Counted from the first letter of the stretch, positions 11,261 through 23,397 are shown. The stretch: 64,000 bases of DNA from Octopus sinensis (GCF_006345805.1 NC_043010.1:61318001-61382000), one strand, 5' to 3'. A program made the numbers and translations. Notes: generated by a model from the sequence alone, not told the origin.

Positions 11261-12589
11261 TTACTTTTCTTCACTCGTAATCTATGGTATTTATAACAAA
11301 TAAATTCTTCGCAGAAGTTACGATTTTTGCTGCTCAGAATCCCATCCGATTCCGTTCTTCAGGACCCACCCCCCATCGTCCTACTTTGCCTTTATACAAA
11401 ACACTAAACGTAAAACTGAGATTTGAACTCATAAACTTAAGTAACTACGCTAGTTCGGTGCTCGAGATGGTCCAACTAAGAAATAGTGGTTTGCGTAGAA
11501 ATATTGATAGGGGACACTACGTAAATGCTCCCCTTTTGAACCCCTTCAATGTAGCGGATTCAGAGAATGAAACAATCCCAGTGCTTGACTCCCGAAGGGA
11601 CGAAAAGCAACGTCGACCTCAGCCGGATTCGAACTCCAAACGCATGAGCTGCAACAAATACTTCGCGACATTCGACTCGACACTCTAATGACCGTCAATT
11701 AATCACCTGACGTCTCCCTAATGAGACATTAAGACGTTCTTGATAAACCGGAAATATATCGGGGAAAATATTACCAGAAAAAAATTGTTTAAACTAATGA
11801 ACTTTACTAGAAGAAAAATAATAATGTCCCCACACTTATTATCATTACATTCAAAATTTATTTTAAAACTTAAAAAATTTTTTTTTCACAGGTACAGCAT
11901 GAGCTGTGCTCCAGCATGGCCTTTGCTGTCAAGTGAAACAAGCCAAAAGAACTAACGTAGACTATTTAGATCAATCCCGCAGTGAATACAAGGAAAGTTA
12001 AATACGAAGATTTTGAACAAAGAGTCAACTTTAGTCAGGACACGATTACCTCCCTTGTGTTTACATGCTTCCAGGCTCCCCCCCTCCTCCACTCGGTTCT
12101 CTTTATTCTTGCAATTAGCAACCCCGAGCGGCCCCGGCTATTTACGTTGTCAATGATATATTAATTCCTGTAATTACCGGCTTTTAAAAACATTATTTAA
12201 CTTGCTTTTGTTTCAATGCATTATTATTTGAAGACGGAATCTAAATTCGTTCATTCAGCCGATGGCATTTAAGTGATTAAGAGAGAAAGAACCGGCTTAA
12301 AAGACCCCCAGGAGACGCGATTTGCTTTATTTCACTCGAAATTTCTGCTGGAAACCAACAAATCACTACCAACAACAAACTAACCAGGGAATCTCTACTT
12401 AGCTGCTCGATCTGCTAGTAATAGCAACTAAATCATACTCTCTCGCCCTTCAAAACAACATAGTGAATAATGTAGTTTTTACGGGACTGTCACGGTTGGA
12501 ATTATCTTTGATCTTTGGATTGCTCCTACGTTCAGAGCCGACCTCGCGCTAAACAGCAAAAACAAAAACAACAACAACACCGCAGGGAC

Positions 12590-12745
12590 GTCTCTTCGTA
12601 GTCGATCGATCTGCTAAAATTAGCTGCCAAATCTCCCTCAAATATAACCTTACCGTTTCAAAAAGATTCAACTGGATTTAGGCGATACTAGAAGCTGTAT
12701 CTAAAAAGGTTATAGGGATGGTCGCAGCTGGAACGACTTTCGGAC
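12590..12745 (+). mobile_element. SINE-like repeat family E fragment
   Basis: CTGCTA(G/A)AA(A/T)TAGC.GCCAAATCTCCCTCAAAT ... GATGGTC(A/G)CAGCTGGAA, recurring at about 14270-14450, 19795-19990, 55185-55350 and 55460-55660. Confidence 0.6.
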
Positions 12746-13117
12746 CAGAGTAACAGTAAAACAGAGAGAAAGACAGAGAATAAGGAAAGAGAAAGAAAGA
12801 GAGATAGAGAGAGGGAGAAAGGGAAGGAGAGAGAGATGATCAGAAGACCAGCAGCAGCAGAAGGGGAACAATGTGTCTTGTATATTTGATTGTATCTGTG
12901 ATTGAAGAACCTTGTTGCCATCGATAAAACAGAGAGAGAAAGAAAAACAGAGAAAGAAGGAACATAGAAGATATTTGAGTCCATTATTTCTTCACCTTTT
13001 TGGATTGTTTGGAATTTTTTCTTCTGTGTTGGAGACAACAAAGTTTAAAGAAGAAGCTCAAAGGTGAATTGTTCATTGTTTTACTTTTCACACCTCTCAG
13101 CATTCACATTACCTCTT

Positions 13118-13148
<31 letters not shown>

Positions 13149-13511
13149 CACGCATACACACAAACACATGTATATACACACACACACACACACCTTTTTG
13201 TCTGTGTCCCTCTCCGCCACCCCGTTCTACACATCTGTTTGGCCCCTCGGTGCTTTCGGTGGAGTCCACTCTGTTGCGACCGTTCAAGCTCGGTTTCTTG
13301 CCCAAACTCCAAGACTCTCTTGCACCACCCAAAGGCGAAACTCGGAACAGCAAGAGGCTGACTCGCCCAAAACATTATTACTCTACCATGAGATATCAAG
13401 TACTCTATTCTTTCGACACTCAACATTAAATGTGTGCATGTGAGTGTATATATATATATATATATGAACCGTAAGATCGCCTATATATATATATATACAT
13501 ATATATAGGCG

Positions 13512-13667
<156 letters not shown>

Positions 13668-13767
13668 TGTCGGCAATGTTTTAAGTTCACATCTCCCACT
13701 GTTATTGTTTTTATTTTAAACCACGCCGCTTTTCTCTTAGATTACTTACTACGTGCCATCCATCCAT

Positions 13768-13847
<80 letters not shown>

Positions 13848-14805
13848 TGTGTGTGTGTGCGCGCGTGTAGGAGAGATAGAAAGTGAAAGTATATTTCTCT
13901 TTATTTTGTTTAGTCCGATAAACAGAATATTTTCTTTTATCATTGAATTTCAACAAGAAACATAAAAATGACAGAATAATAATGGGCGTGTTGTGAATAC
14001 CGTATATCCCTCCATAGACAAACACCATTACACGACTGAGATGGGTCTCATACATAAATACACACACACACCACACACACACACATATATATATATATTA
14101 TATATATATATATACGCACGTGTATACACGTGTATGTGTGTGTTTATAAACTTGTGGAAAAGTACTCAATACCAGAAGCAGAGTGCAATAAGTCTTACTT
14201 TGATGCAGAAACTTTACAAATTACACCCCCCACCTCCAGTTTCACGTGAGTCTACGAAGACGCATCGATGTGGTTGCCGGCCCTGGTTAGAGATAGCAGG
14301 CAAATCTTTCTCTCTTATAACCCCCTACAATCTTAAAAGAAAGGAGGATATATATAGTATAACGACAATATAGATACCCTTCGATTCAAAAAGTAAATAG
14401 CAAAATGGAATGGTCACGGGTGGAATGCATTTGATCATAGGTCTACAATACCAGTGTTGATGTATGGGTGGGGGTGGCAGACAACATCTTATATACCAAA
14501 TTATCCTTCCTCACGTGCATTCTCTCCCCACCCTCCCACCTACATTCTCTCAACTATTAGCATCGTCTCTCTCTCCTTCCTCTCACATGCACACTCTCTT
14601 ATCCACTGCAAAATTATTTCAGACAACTATCATTTTACACTTGCTAGCCATAAGTGTGCAAACGAAATTTGCTTAGAGGCTGCAAACTAATTTTTCAGGA
14701 GGATCTTCCAAGCGTATTATTCATTGGCCACCAAAAATTTTAGGGTGCACTTGCACTTCTTGCTCGTGAGCCTCTGTTCCTAGTATGAGTTTATATATAT
14801 ATATA

Positions 14806-14882
<77 letters not shown>

Positions 14883-15237
14883 ATGAATAAATCTTTATCT
14901 ATGTACATTTATATTTTATGATAAGCACACTTGATTCTGAATATGTATAAGTGGGAGATGCCATTATAAGGATGGTAGTGTGCAATAATTTGCATAAAAT
15001 ACACACGTGCACATATTACATATATGTATGTAATTCAGGTAGGTGGTGAAGTACTGAGGAAAGTAAGGAAAAAAATTCTCAGTTTCAATTAAGATTGACC
15101 TTTCAGTTGAGAATAGAAAACTTAAACCTAGTGGGAATTGTTTGCAACTTTCAGAGAAGGGAGATAATTTTAAGAAATTAATTTTTTTCACAGCAGACTG
15201 AATGCTCGTGCTTATGGGGAAACTAAATATTTGTTCC

Positions 15238-15270
<33 letters not shown>

Positions 15271-15905
15271 GTTTATAGATGAGAGACAGATATTCTCCAC
15301 TTCATAGTGCCCAAGAGATTTAAACTCGAGCAGGTAGAGGAGTAAATGTAAGGACAAGCAAGTCAGGCTGATCGATATACAAAAAATATTAAATACGTTA
15401 ATTATTATGTGTTTACGTATAAAAAGAGAAATGATATCAGGAATTAAAGGGGTTGAATAAGAGTTTTATGAGTCCAACAGCTGTTTCTAGGGGCTTTGTG
15501 GTCCAAAATAATGATTGTAATTTGATTCTATCATCAGATAATACCAGCTTCCGTCTTCAGGGAAGCATTTTACATTTGAAGTGTTGACAGAAAGGAGATT
15601 AAAGATATATATATTTATATAGTGTATCTTGTATGCACAAATAGGAGTATGACTGCTACTGTTGAGTTTTGAGCTCCTCAGATGATTGCAGTGCAGTCTG
15701 CTTCCAGTGAAGTGGTTAAGCAACTAGTATACTTCGTAGTATTACTAATGAAATACTGAACAAATTTTGGGGAGATTACTTTAAACACAAGTTTATATTA
15801 TTTGTTGCTTAAGTATGTTGCACCGTTCTGGTTGCTTGGAATCCAGCATTGGATGTTCCAAGTGCATTTGGATGCTTAACAAGAACAGATCATCTGGGAA
15901 AACTT

Positions 15906-16125
15906 TCTCAATCGAAGGAGAGGGGCTTTCTCCATCTGGGTTGCGGATCCGTGGAATAAGCTGCCGAACGAGATGGTGAAGATGCCGACGACCGCTCAGT
16001 TCAAAGTCTCCCTTGACCACAAGTGGCCTGAACTCTTTACATGAACACCACCCTGTACATAACTCCATGTCCCCCTACATGGCCTTGCTTTTTGCTGTTT
16101 GAGCCAAAAAATTAACTAACTAACT
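15906..16125 (+). mobile_element. CR1-clade LINE 3' end
   Basis: Highly similar to 42600-42826; RRGAFS.RV..PWNKLP motif; 3' hairpin CCATGT/ACATGG; (TAAC)n tail. Confidence 0.85.
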
Positions 16126-16329
16126 ACAAAGAAGTGTGTGTGTGTGGAGGGTGGTGTTTGTTTCCCTCTTCCTACCCTTGATTTCTTCACCCCCCCATCC
16201 TGATATCTCTTTAATCACCGCTTTCTCTTCTGTCCACCTTCTCAGTTACACAGCCTTAATTGAAGAAACATCATGCAATGGTGATGACTCTTTAGTTTTA
16301 CAGAGTACAAGGCAACCCCACTTGTGCTG

Positions 16330-16510
16330 GTGTCACTACAAAATACATTTAGTAACCCCTGAAAAGTGGTTGGTGTCAGGAAAGACGTCCAGCCATAGAA
16401 AATATGTGAGATGTGTTCCTCTGAGCCATCCAGGAGGGGAGGACTGTGACAAACTGTATGACCCCAGCCAGCATCAAAAGTGGCTGTAAAACAATAATAT
16501 GATGATGATG
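16330..16510 (+). mobile_element. SINE family D with (TGA)n tail
   Basis: GTGGTTGGTGTCAGGAAAGACGTCCAGCCATAGAAA ... CCAGCAT ... TGATGATGATG; related copies at 16510-16760, 23690-23900 and 26545-26770 on the minus strand. Confidence 0.65.
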
Positions 16511-16989
16511 GACATCATCTTTGTTTTAACATCCAATTTTCCTTCCTCGCATGAGTTAAACAGAATTCGTTGATGCCTTTCCTGTCACCAACCCTCACCT
16601 GTTTCCAAGGAAGCTAATATCCCCACCTCCCACGGCCAGACAGTTTTTGCATGGAAGATTGAGAACAAATGATGCTGCTTGTATGACAGTGACACTTACT
16701 TACAAGCATCATGTGATGTCAAGACAAGAGTACTCACGCACACACACACACACACACACACATGATGAGCTTCTTTCAGTCTTCATCTACTAAATCCACT
16801 CACAAGGCTTTGGTCAACCTGGAACTAAAGTAGAAAGCATTTACTGAACATTTCACTCCCTTCTTTCGCCTGAGTTTGGATTCATTGTCATTGATGCATA
16901 TTCTTAATGTCAAGATCGTGTGAAGTCCCTCTTCAAAATTTCTATACTAGGTTATTGACTTCAGTTTGGTTAGGTTGAAGGAAGCCATT

Positions 16990-17340
16990 TAGGTCCTAAA
17001 TTCTTAAACTTTTCATATTCTTGAGCTGTTGATGAGGGCAGCATCGTACATTTCATTTGTGCAACAGAGCCCTAATGGACCCCTGCTCACTTCATGGTTA
17101 TGTGCTTTACTCGGTCTCACCTTAATGACAACACCTCTGTTCATGGCTTGTACTGCTCCCTTAAGCTGTTTATGTATCCCTAGATTCCTCAGTGAACAGC
17201 TCAGTCCACCAAAACACAGAACATGGAACCTGTTAAGCGCTTTCTCTAGTTTTATGAATGTCAAGCTCAGAGGTTTACTAAGTGCTTTTCTGGCAGGGTG
17301 TCTCACTAAGAAGATGAAATCAGTTGTACTTCTTCATGGC
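16990..17340 (-). pseudogene. Degenerate RTE-clade RT fragment
   Basis: LTFIKLEKALNRFHVLCFGGLSCSLRNLGI...AVQAM resembles the RT motif AFIDLEKAFDRV..W..LRKLG...AVQAMY. Confidence 0.55.
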
Positions 17341-17438
17341 ACTGAGCCAAACTGCATCTGATCTGATCTAATTCTCTTCCTAATATATTGATCTATAACT
17401 CGTGTAACTTTCATTACATGATCCAGCACAAATACACA

Positions 17439-18012
17439 CAGGGTGTGATGGGAAAAATTGTTGCCATTTTCTATTTTTAATTGTGCGCATGCTCATTGTT
17501 TTTGATTTTGTTTGACTACACAGTATAGTAGGGTCAGTTGGGCACTGCTTGTGAGAAAAACAGCACCGTGATGCAATTCACTCTGGCGGAAATTTGGAAA
17601 CGACATGCTTTACTGTTTGGTATTCATGCCGGAAGCTCCAATACAAACATTTCAGAGTGTTTGGGTATCAGTCTGAGGACATTTACGGAGAGTGCTAAAA
17701 ATCAAACATCCAGTCAACATCATGGTGTTTGGAGGGATCACTAGTGATGGCGATGTTATGCCTCCATTCATCTTCTATATGGCCTCAGACTCAACTCGGA
17801 TGCCTACACAAAGTGCCTGGAGGAGGCAGTGCTGCTCTGGCTCAAGAGGGTGGCTGCTGGAAGAACCTATGTCTGGAGGCCGTGGTTGAAGCCAATGGCA
17901 ATTTTTTTAAAATAAATTTAATCTTTAGTATTTCAAGATATTTTTATGTAATTTTGGTAAATATATCTGTTAAAATGCATAATTTAGTCAACAGTTTATT
18001 CACCACACCCTG
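17439..18012 (+). mobile_element. Internally deleted maT (DD37D) Tc1/mariner element
   Basis: TIRs CAGGGTGTG / CACACCCTG|TA; transposase remnants KHPVNIMVFG and KRVAAGRTYVW; homologous to 21992-22789. Confidence 0.8.
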
Positions 18013-18020
18013 TATGTATA

Positions 18021-18052
<32 letters not shown>

Positions 18053-18060
18053 TATATATA

Positions 18061-18350
18061 GGCACAGGTGTGACTGTGTGGTAAGAAATTTACTTGCCTA
18101 CCTCATGGTCCAGGGTTCAGTCCCATTGTGTGCACCAAGCTGAGCAAAGCCCTGTGAATGGATTTGTTACATGGAGACTGGGGAAAATTTACTGTGTGTG
18201 TTTGTCTTCTGCCACTGCTTGATAACAACATAAGTGACCAATAGAATAAAGCTTGAAACAATAAGTACTGGGGTCAATTTATTTGACTAAAGCTTTTCAA
18301 GGCAGTGCCCCAGCATGGCCACAGTCCAATGACTGAAACAAATTAAAGAT
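18061..18350 (+). mobile_element. SINE family A, degenerate
   Basis: Head GGCACAGGTGTGACTGTGTGGTAAG and tail CCCAGCATGGCCACAGTCCAATGACTGAAAC. Confidence 0.75.
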
Positions 18351-18412
18351 TGTGTGTGTGTAGATGTGTGTAATATATATATATATATATATATAATATA
18401 TATATATATATA

Positions 18413-18786
18413 GGCGCAGGAGTGGCTGTGTGGTAAGTAGCTTGCTAACCAACCACATGGTTCTGGGTTCAGTCCCACTGCGTGGCATCTTGGGCAAGTG
18501 TCTTCTGTGCTACAGCCCCGGGCCGACCAAGCCTTGTGAGTGGATTTGGTAGACGGAAACTGAAAGAAGCCCGTCGTATATGTATATGTTGTTTGTGTGT
18601 CTGTGTTTGTCCCCCCCAAATCGCTTGACACCGATGTGTGTTTACGTCCCGTCACTTAGCGGTTCGGCAAAAGAGACCGATAGAAAGTATGGGCTTACAA
18701 AGAATAAGTCCGGGGTCGATTTGCTCGACTAAGGCGGTGCTCCAGCATGGCCGCATCAATGACTGAAACAAGTAAAGAGTAAGAGT
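18413..18786 (+). mobile_element. tRNA-derived SINE family A, full length and well preserved
   Basis: A-box-like TGGCTGTGTGG, B-box-like GGTTCAGTCCC, CTTGGGCAAGTG motif, CpGs retained, (GTAA(A)GA) tail. Confidence 0.92.
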
Positions 18787-19501
18787 ATATATATTGTTGG
18801 CAACCTTTCGTCTCGGGAGACAATGGAGTTGTGCATATAATCAATTTTGTGCAGGCCTGGGCTAGATGTAAGAAAATCCTGGGTAGCCCAATCATCAGGA
18901 TTCCTCTCTCGACCTTGCTGACGTAGTCCAAAGGAATGCAGAGCATTATGTTTGGCACCAGCTTGGTTGCAGGAACTGCTGGAAGAATGTCGAGTCAAAC
19001 ACTAAACCGCCAATGGGGCTCCACTCCGGATTTCTGTGAAGGTTGTTTCCTTTCCGTAACCCTTGATAGGGGCCCATACCGGGTACTGTCCTCCCCCTTC
19101 CTACAGTACTGTGTGTGCGTATGTGTGTGTATGAATGTATGATATAGGTCCAGGTGGTGTGGGATCAGTTACATGCTAGGGGATTAAGGGATTGAACTAT
19201 GAGGAGCATGGAGTAGAGGTTCTTGCAGAGGATCTGCATGGCTACTAGGAGCTGCAGGAGAAAGATTATGGCAATGAGGGGCTTAGGTGGCCCCACAAGG
19301 CACAAGGGGATTTGAAGAATCATTATGCAAGATTGTATTGGAAGGAGAATGAGGGGATGGGAAAGGCAGAGTGCCAAATGTTTAGGGTTGAAAGGTGGAT
19401 GAGCAAGGAGCCTTTAGCTGGGGGATGCAGAAGAAAGCAAGATGTACATTATTTACATTATTTAGATTTGATGGATATTTGTCCTCATCTTGTTTGTTGT
19501 T

Positions 19502-19547
19502 AACACAATGTTTCAGCTGGTATACTCTCCAGCCTTCATCAGGTATC
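19502..19547 (-). ncRNA. Minimal type-I hammerhead ribozyme-like motif, canonical core
   Basis: GATAC-CTGATGA-A-GGCTGG-agagtata-CCAGCT-GAA-ACAT-T-GTGTT. Confidence 0.7.
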
Positions 19548-20333
19548 TTGGGGAAATTTCAAACCTGGGTTCTCGTTCCCAAGGTATTTTGTGGGCTGGC
19601 TGAAATCCCCCTTGTATATTACTGGTACTTGTTCCAAACACAGAAGTTGAATGTATAATGGGATAAAATTAATAACTAATTCAATGGTGTGCCACTCTCA
19701 GCCAGCTAATCTCATGATGTGCTACTGATTTTGTAAGCTCTGCGGCCATAGCAACCAGAATAATAACAACAACAACAATAATTATTGGAGCCTCTTCATG
19801 GTTGCTCCACCTGCTAGATACAGTAGCCATACTTCCCTTGAATCATACGCCATTGTCTCAAATCAGGGAAATGCCATGGGATAATTCAGTCCTAGAAAAA
19901 ATAAGACAAGATGGTCAAGGCTGGAATGATTCTCTAATCATGAATCTGCCAGGTCAGGGCTGAACAGTGGACAAACATTGACAACAACTACCATGGAAAC
20001 AGCAGTGACTATAGCAACAACAACAACAACAACACTAATAGCAACAACAACAACAGTAGCTATGGCAACAAGACAGCAAGGAGAATGACATTGAAAATGT
20101 TGGTCAATAAAGGTGTCGTCAAGAGAAATTGACGTTGGGACAGGTGAGAAGAGAATGTGATTGGGTTGGTTGACGTCTTTACAGCCAGAACAGGTGGTAT
20201 GATATTTTGAGGTGACTGCTCCTCCTCCTCTTCCTCCTCCTCCTCCTCCTACTACTACTACTACTGCTGCTGCCCCCTTCCTCCCCGCCTCCTCCTCCTC
20301 CTACTGCTGCTACTGCTGCTGCTACTACTACTC

Positions 20334-20364
<31 letters not shown>

Positions 20365-20520
20365 CCCCTTCCTCCCCCTTCCTACAGTACATATCTCAGA
20401 TATGTACTGTAATATTCTTTGTTTAGGGTTGTTCTGCACTACTGCCATCTAGGTTTGAACTCAAGACCCTACAAACATTACTTAACTGTTGTTTCGTCTC
20501 TATTTTTTTTATCATTAATT

Positions 20521-20554
20521 TCTTTCTTTCTTTTTTTTTTGTTTTATTTTCCAG
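20521..20554 (+). other. 3' splice acceptor upstream of the 5-finger gene
   Basis: Long T tract followed by CCAG (AG at 20553-20554); the following 18 nt are open and in frame with ATG 20573. The upstream exon is not identified. Confidence 0.65.
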
Positions 20555-20572
20555 TTTCCTCCTAACGCGGCC

Positions 20573-21694
20573 ATGAAGAAGACCCCGATGTGTAATCTCT
20601 GTGGCAAAGTGTTTTCCCGTCGCGACAACCTCGAGCGTCATTTAAACAACCACCAGGGGGAGAAGTTGTTCTTTTGTGAATACTGCGGCAAGTCGTTCTT
20701 GCGCAAGTCTTACCTCAAACTTCATCATCGCATCCATTCCGGGGAGCGTCCGTTCCAGTGTGGTGTGTGTGGACGAACCTTCACAAGAGATGACCATTTG
20801 CTGCGGCATTACAGGTCACATCAGGGCTACAAACCGTACACATGCGACGTGTGCGGCAAAGCGCTGTCACGGCGCGACCACCTTGCTGTGCATCGGCGCA
20901 TCCACACGGGCGAGCGGCCGTTCAAGTGTGACCTGTGCAACTGCGAGTTCACGCGCAGCGACCACCTGTTGCAGCATAAGAGACTGAACATGTGCGAACA
21001 AGCGTCGTCGTGTGTTACCATGGAGACAGGTATGCCTGCCAAAGTATCTGAGATTGCCCCAGAGGAACAATACGAAGAGGGAGCTGAGCTGGACAACAGC
21101 AACAACAACAAACATCATAACAAAAACAGCAACAGTAACACTAACAACAACAACAACAACAACAACAACAATAGTAGTAGTAGTGGTGGTGGTGGTGGTG
21201 GTGGTGGTAGTAGTGGTAACAGCAACTCAACATCGAAATGTAATAATAGCAGTGCTGATGGTAAAAGCGTCCAGTCGCAGCAGAACCAAATGTCTGAAGT
21301 GGCCACCTCTAACAACACAGCGATCATTGCAGCTCCTGCACCCACCACTGCAGCCGTTGCGCTCGTCACCAACGACCTCGCTGCTGCACTGCTACCAAAC
21401 ACCACCAAACTCTACTCAATCCCATGCAATGGCAGCACAACGCCAGGTCTTCTAGCAGACAGTGCTGGCTCAGGCAGTGTGGCCACCCAAATCTACCAGG
21501 CAGCGACCGGTGTGCCCAGTGCCATCAACCCCATCACCCATATCTTCCCCACCATCCAGCTATCTCCTGCAACCACACAGCTATTCCCTACCATCCAGAT
21601 GTATCCCAGTGCGCACATCAACTTGCAGCAGCACACAGCTGCAGTGAACCAGAAACTCCATATTTCCGGATCACATCTCAACCACAACAAATGA
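20573..21694 (+). CDS. C2H2 zinc-finger protein (373 aa ORF): four C2H2 fingers plus a C2HC fifth finger, then poly-N/S/G and an A/T/P/Q-rich tail
   Basis: CxxC-x12-H-x3-H motifs with SGERP/QGYKP/TGERP-type linkers at 20591-20995; GC-rich coding-like sequence; splice acceptor 18 nt upstream of the ATG. Confidence 0.93.
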   Translation: MKKTPMCNLCGKVFSRRDNLERHLNNHQGEKLFFCEYCGKSFLRKSYLKLHHRIHSGERPFQCGVCGRTFTRDDHLLRHYRSHQGYKPYTCDVCGKALSRRDHLAVHRRIHTGERPFKCDLCNCEFTRSDHLLQHKRLNMCEQASSCVTMETGMPAKVSEIAPEEQYEEGAELDNSNNNKHHNKNSNSNTNNNNNNNNNNSSSSGGGGGGGGSSGNSNSTSKCNNSSADGKSVQSQQNQMSEVATSNNTAIIAAPAPTTAAVALVTNDLAAALLPNTTKLYSIPCNGSTTPGLLADSAGSGSVATQIYQAATGVPSAINPITHIFPTIQLSPATTQLFPTIQMYPSAHINLQQHTAAVNQKLHISGSHLNHNK

Positions 21695-21843
21695 ACGGAA
21701 CACTGACAGATGTGTGTGTGTGTGTGCATGTTTGTGTGTGTGTGTGTGTGTGGATTTGTATGTATATGTGAATTTTTATGTAAATGTACATATATATATG
21801 TATAAATGTGCATTTAATATCCATCTATCTATCTATCTATCTA

Positions 21844-21885
<42 letters not shown>

Positions 21886-21933
21886 CTAATAAGATCATTC
21901 GTGCAATTGCACATTTGCATATATGTATGTTTG

Positions 21934-21976
<43 letters not shown>

Positions 21977-21991
21977 AGAGAGAGAGAGAAA

Positions 21992-22789
21992 GAGGGTGTG
22001 GTGAATATATTGTCTTCTAAATTACACAAAAATGAAAATAACACTGACATCTCATTTTAACAGATATATTTACCAAAATTACATTATAATATCTTGAAAT
22101 ACTAAAGAGTAAAGTTATTCAATAAAATCGCCATTGGCTTCGACCATGGCCTTCAGATGACTTTGGAATCTCCTGCAACTCTTCTGGACAGTTGGTGAAT
22201 GCTGCCATAATCCTTGCCTTCAGTTCATCTTTGATGTTACAAGGAGTTTTGTTGGTCTCTTGCTCAACTGCACACCCCCACACATAATAATAAAGGGGGT
22301 TGCAGTCTGGGGAGTTAGGTGGCCAGATGTTAGTGGTGATGTGGTTGCAGAAATTGTCTGACAGCCATGGCTGGGTTCTCCTGCTTGTGTGGCATGGTTC
22401 AGAGTCCTGTTGCCAGACATAGGTTCTTCCAGCAGCCACCCTCTTGACCCAGGGAAGCACTTCCTCCTCCAGGTACTTGATGTAGGCCTCTGTGTTGAGT
22501 CTGAGGTCATGTGGGAAGATGAATGGAGGCTAGTGATCATGCCCAAACACCATGATGTTGACTGGATGTTTGATTTTTATCACTCTTGGCCCATGTCCTA
22601 AGATTGACACCCAAACACTCTGAAATCTCCGTATTGGAGCTTCCAGTGTGAAATTCTGCAGAGTGAATTGCCTCACGGTGCTGTTCTTCTGACCCTGCCA
22701 TACTGTGTAGTCGACAAAATCAAAAACAAACAAAGCACATGTACGAAATTAAAAATACAAAACAGCGACAATTTACCAATCACACCCTG
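21992..22789 (-). mobile_element. Internally deleted maT (DD37D) Tc1/mariner element
   Basis: TIRs (G/C)AGGGTGTG; WQQDSEPCH...WPPNSPDCNPL(Y) gives 37 residues from the second catalytic D to the mutated third D. Confidence 0.85.
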
Positions 22790-22790
22790 A

Positions 22791-22825
<35 letters not shown>

Positions 22826-23073
22826 GAGTGAGGGAACAAACTAAAGAAAATGGCGCTTAACACATTTCGTAGGAATTACTTATATTATCATTTAAAACTG
22901 ATTCAGTTCCAAGCAACTTCATAACGGAAGCCAAGCTCTGAGCCTGAATGACCGAGGCTTCTGCATGAAGCCTACGAACCTGTGAGTCACATGGAGCCAA
23001 ATCAAACAGTTTTAAATTATAATATATATATGTATGGATATATAAATGTGAAACCAGTACTTCCATCCTTTTG

Positions 23074-23108
<35 letters not shown>

Positions 23109-23171
23109 GTTGTTATGAAAAATAAAGAACTAACTCATATATACATATATATACATAAATATATATATATA

Positions 23172-23293
23172 CTTTATTTAAAGCAGCAGAAAATTCAACA
23201 AAATCTGTTACTCTGAGTTTCACGTTCCCGTTCGTCGGAACGTGAAACTCAGAGTAACAGATTTTGTTGAATTTTCTGCTGCTTTAAATAAAG
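23172..23293. repeat. Perfect 57-bp-arm hairpin with 8-nt loop, followed by a conserved tail to about 23360
   Basis: 23172-23228 is the exact reverse complement of 23237-23293; a second family member is at 34027-34200. Confidence 0.95.
23205..23238 (-). ncRNA. Hammerhead-like motif with CCGACGA core
   Basis: CCGACGA-ACG-GGAA-CGT-GAA-ACTCAGAGT-A-ACAG; the 5' stem-I strand is lost at the fold-back junction. Confidence 0.55.
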
Positions 23294-23364
23294 CATATTA
23301 CTCTACCACTGGTATTTGAGTACTCTTTTTTCCACCTTGTTTCACATTTATGTGTTTACTTCGC

Positions 23365-23397
<33 letters not shown>

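Noticed and set aside
15510-15570. CTGAAGA-CGGAAGCTGG on the minus strand (similar partial cases at about 11340 and 33095)
   Set aside because: I could not complete stem II, GAAA and stem I; the 7-mer alone is uninformative.
20141-20149. CAG|GTGAGA donor-like site upstream of the 5-finger exon
   Set aside because: The in-frame upstream sequence has a stop at 20108 and I found no matching acceptor or promoter; such 9-mers are common.
20676-21813. Alternative-frame and antisense ORFs over the 5-finger gene
   Set aside because: By-products of GC-rich codons and trinucleotide repeats.
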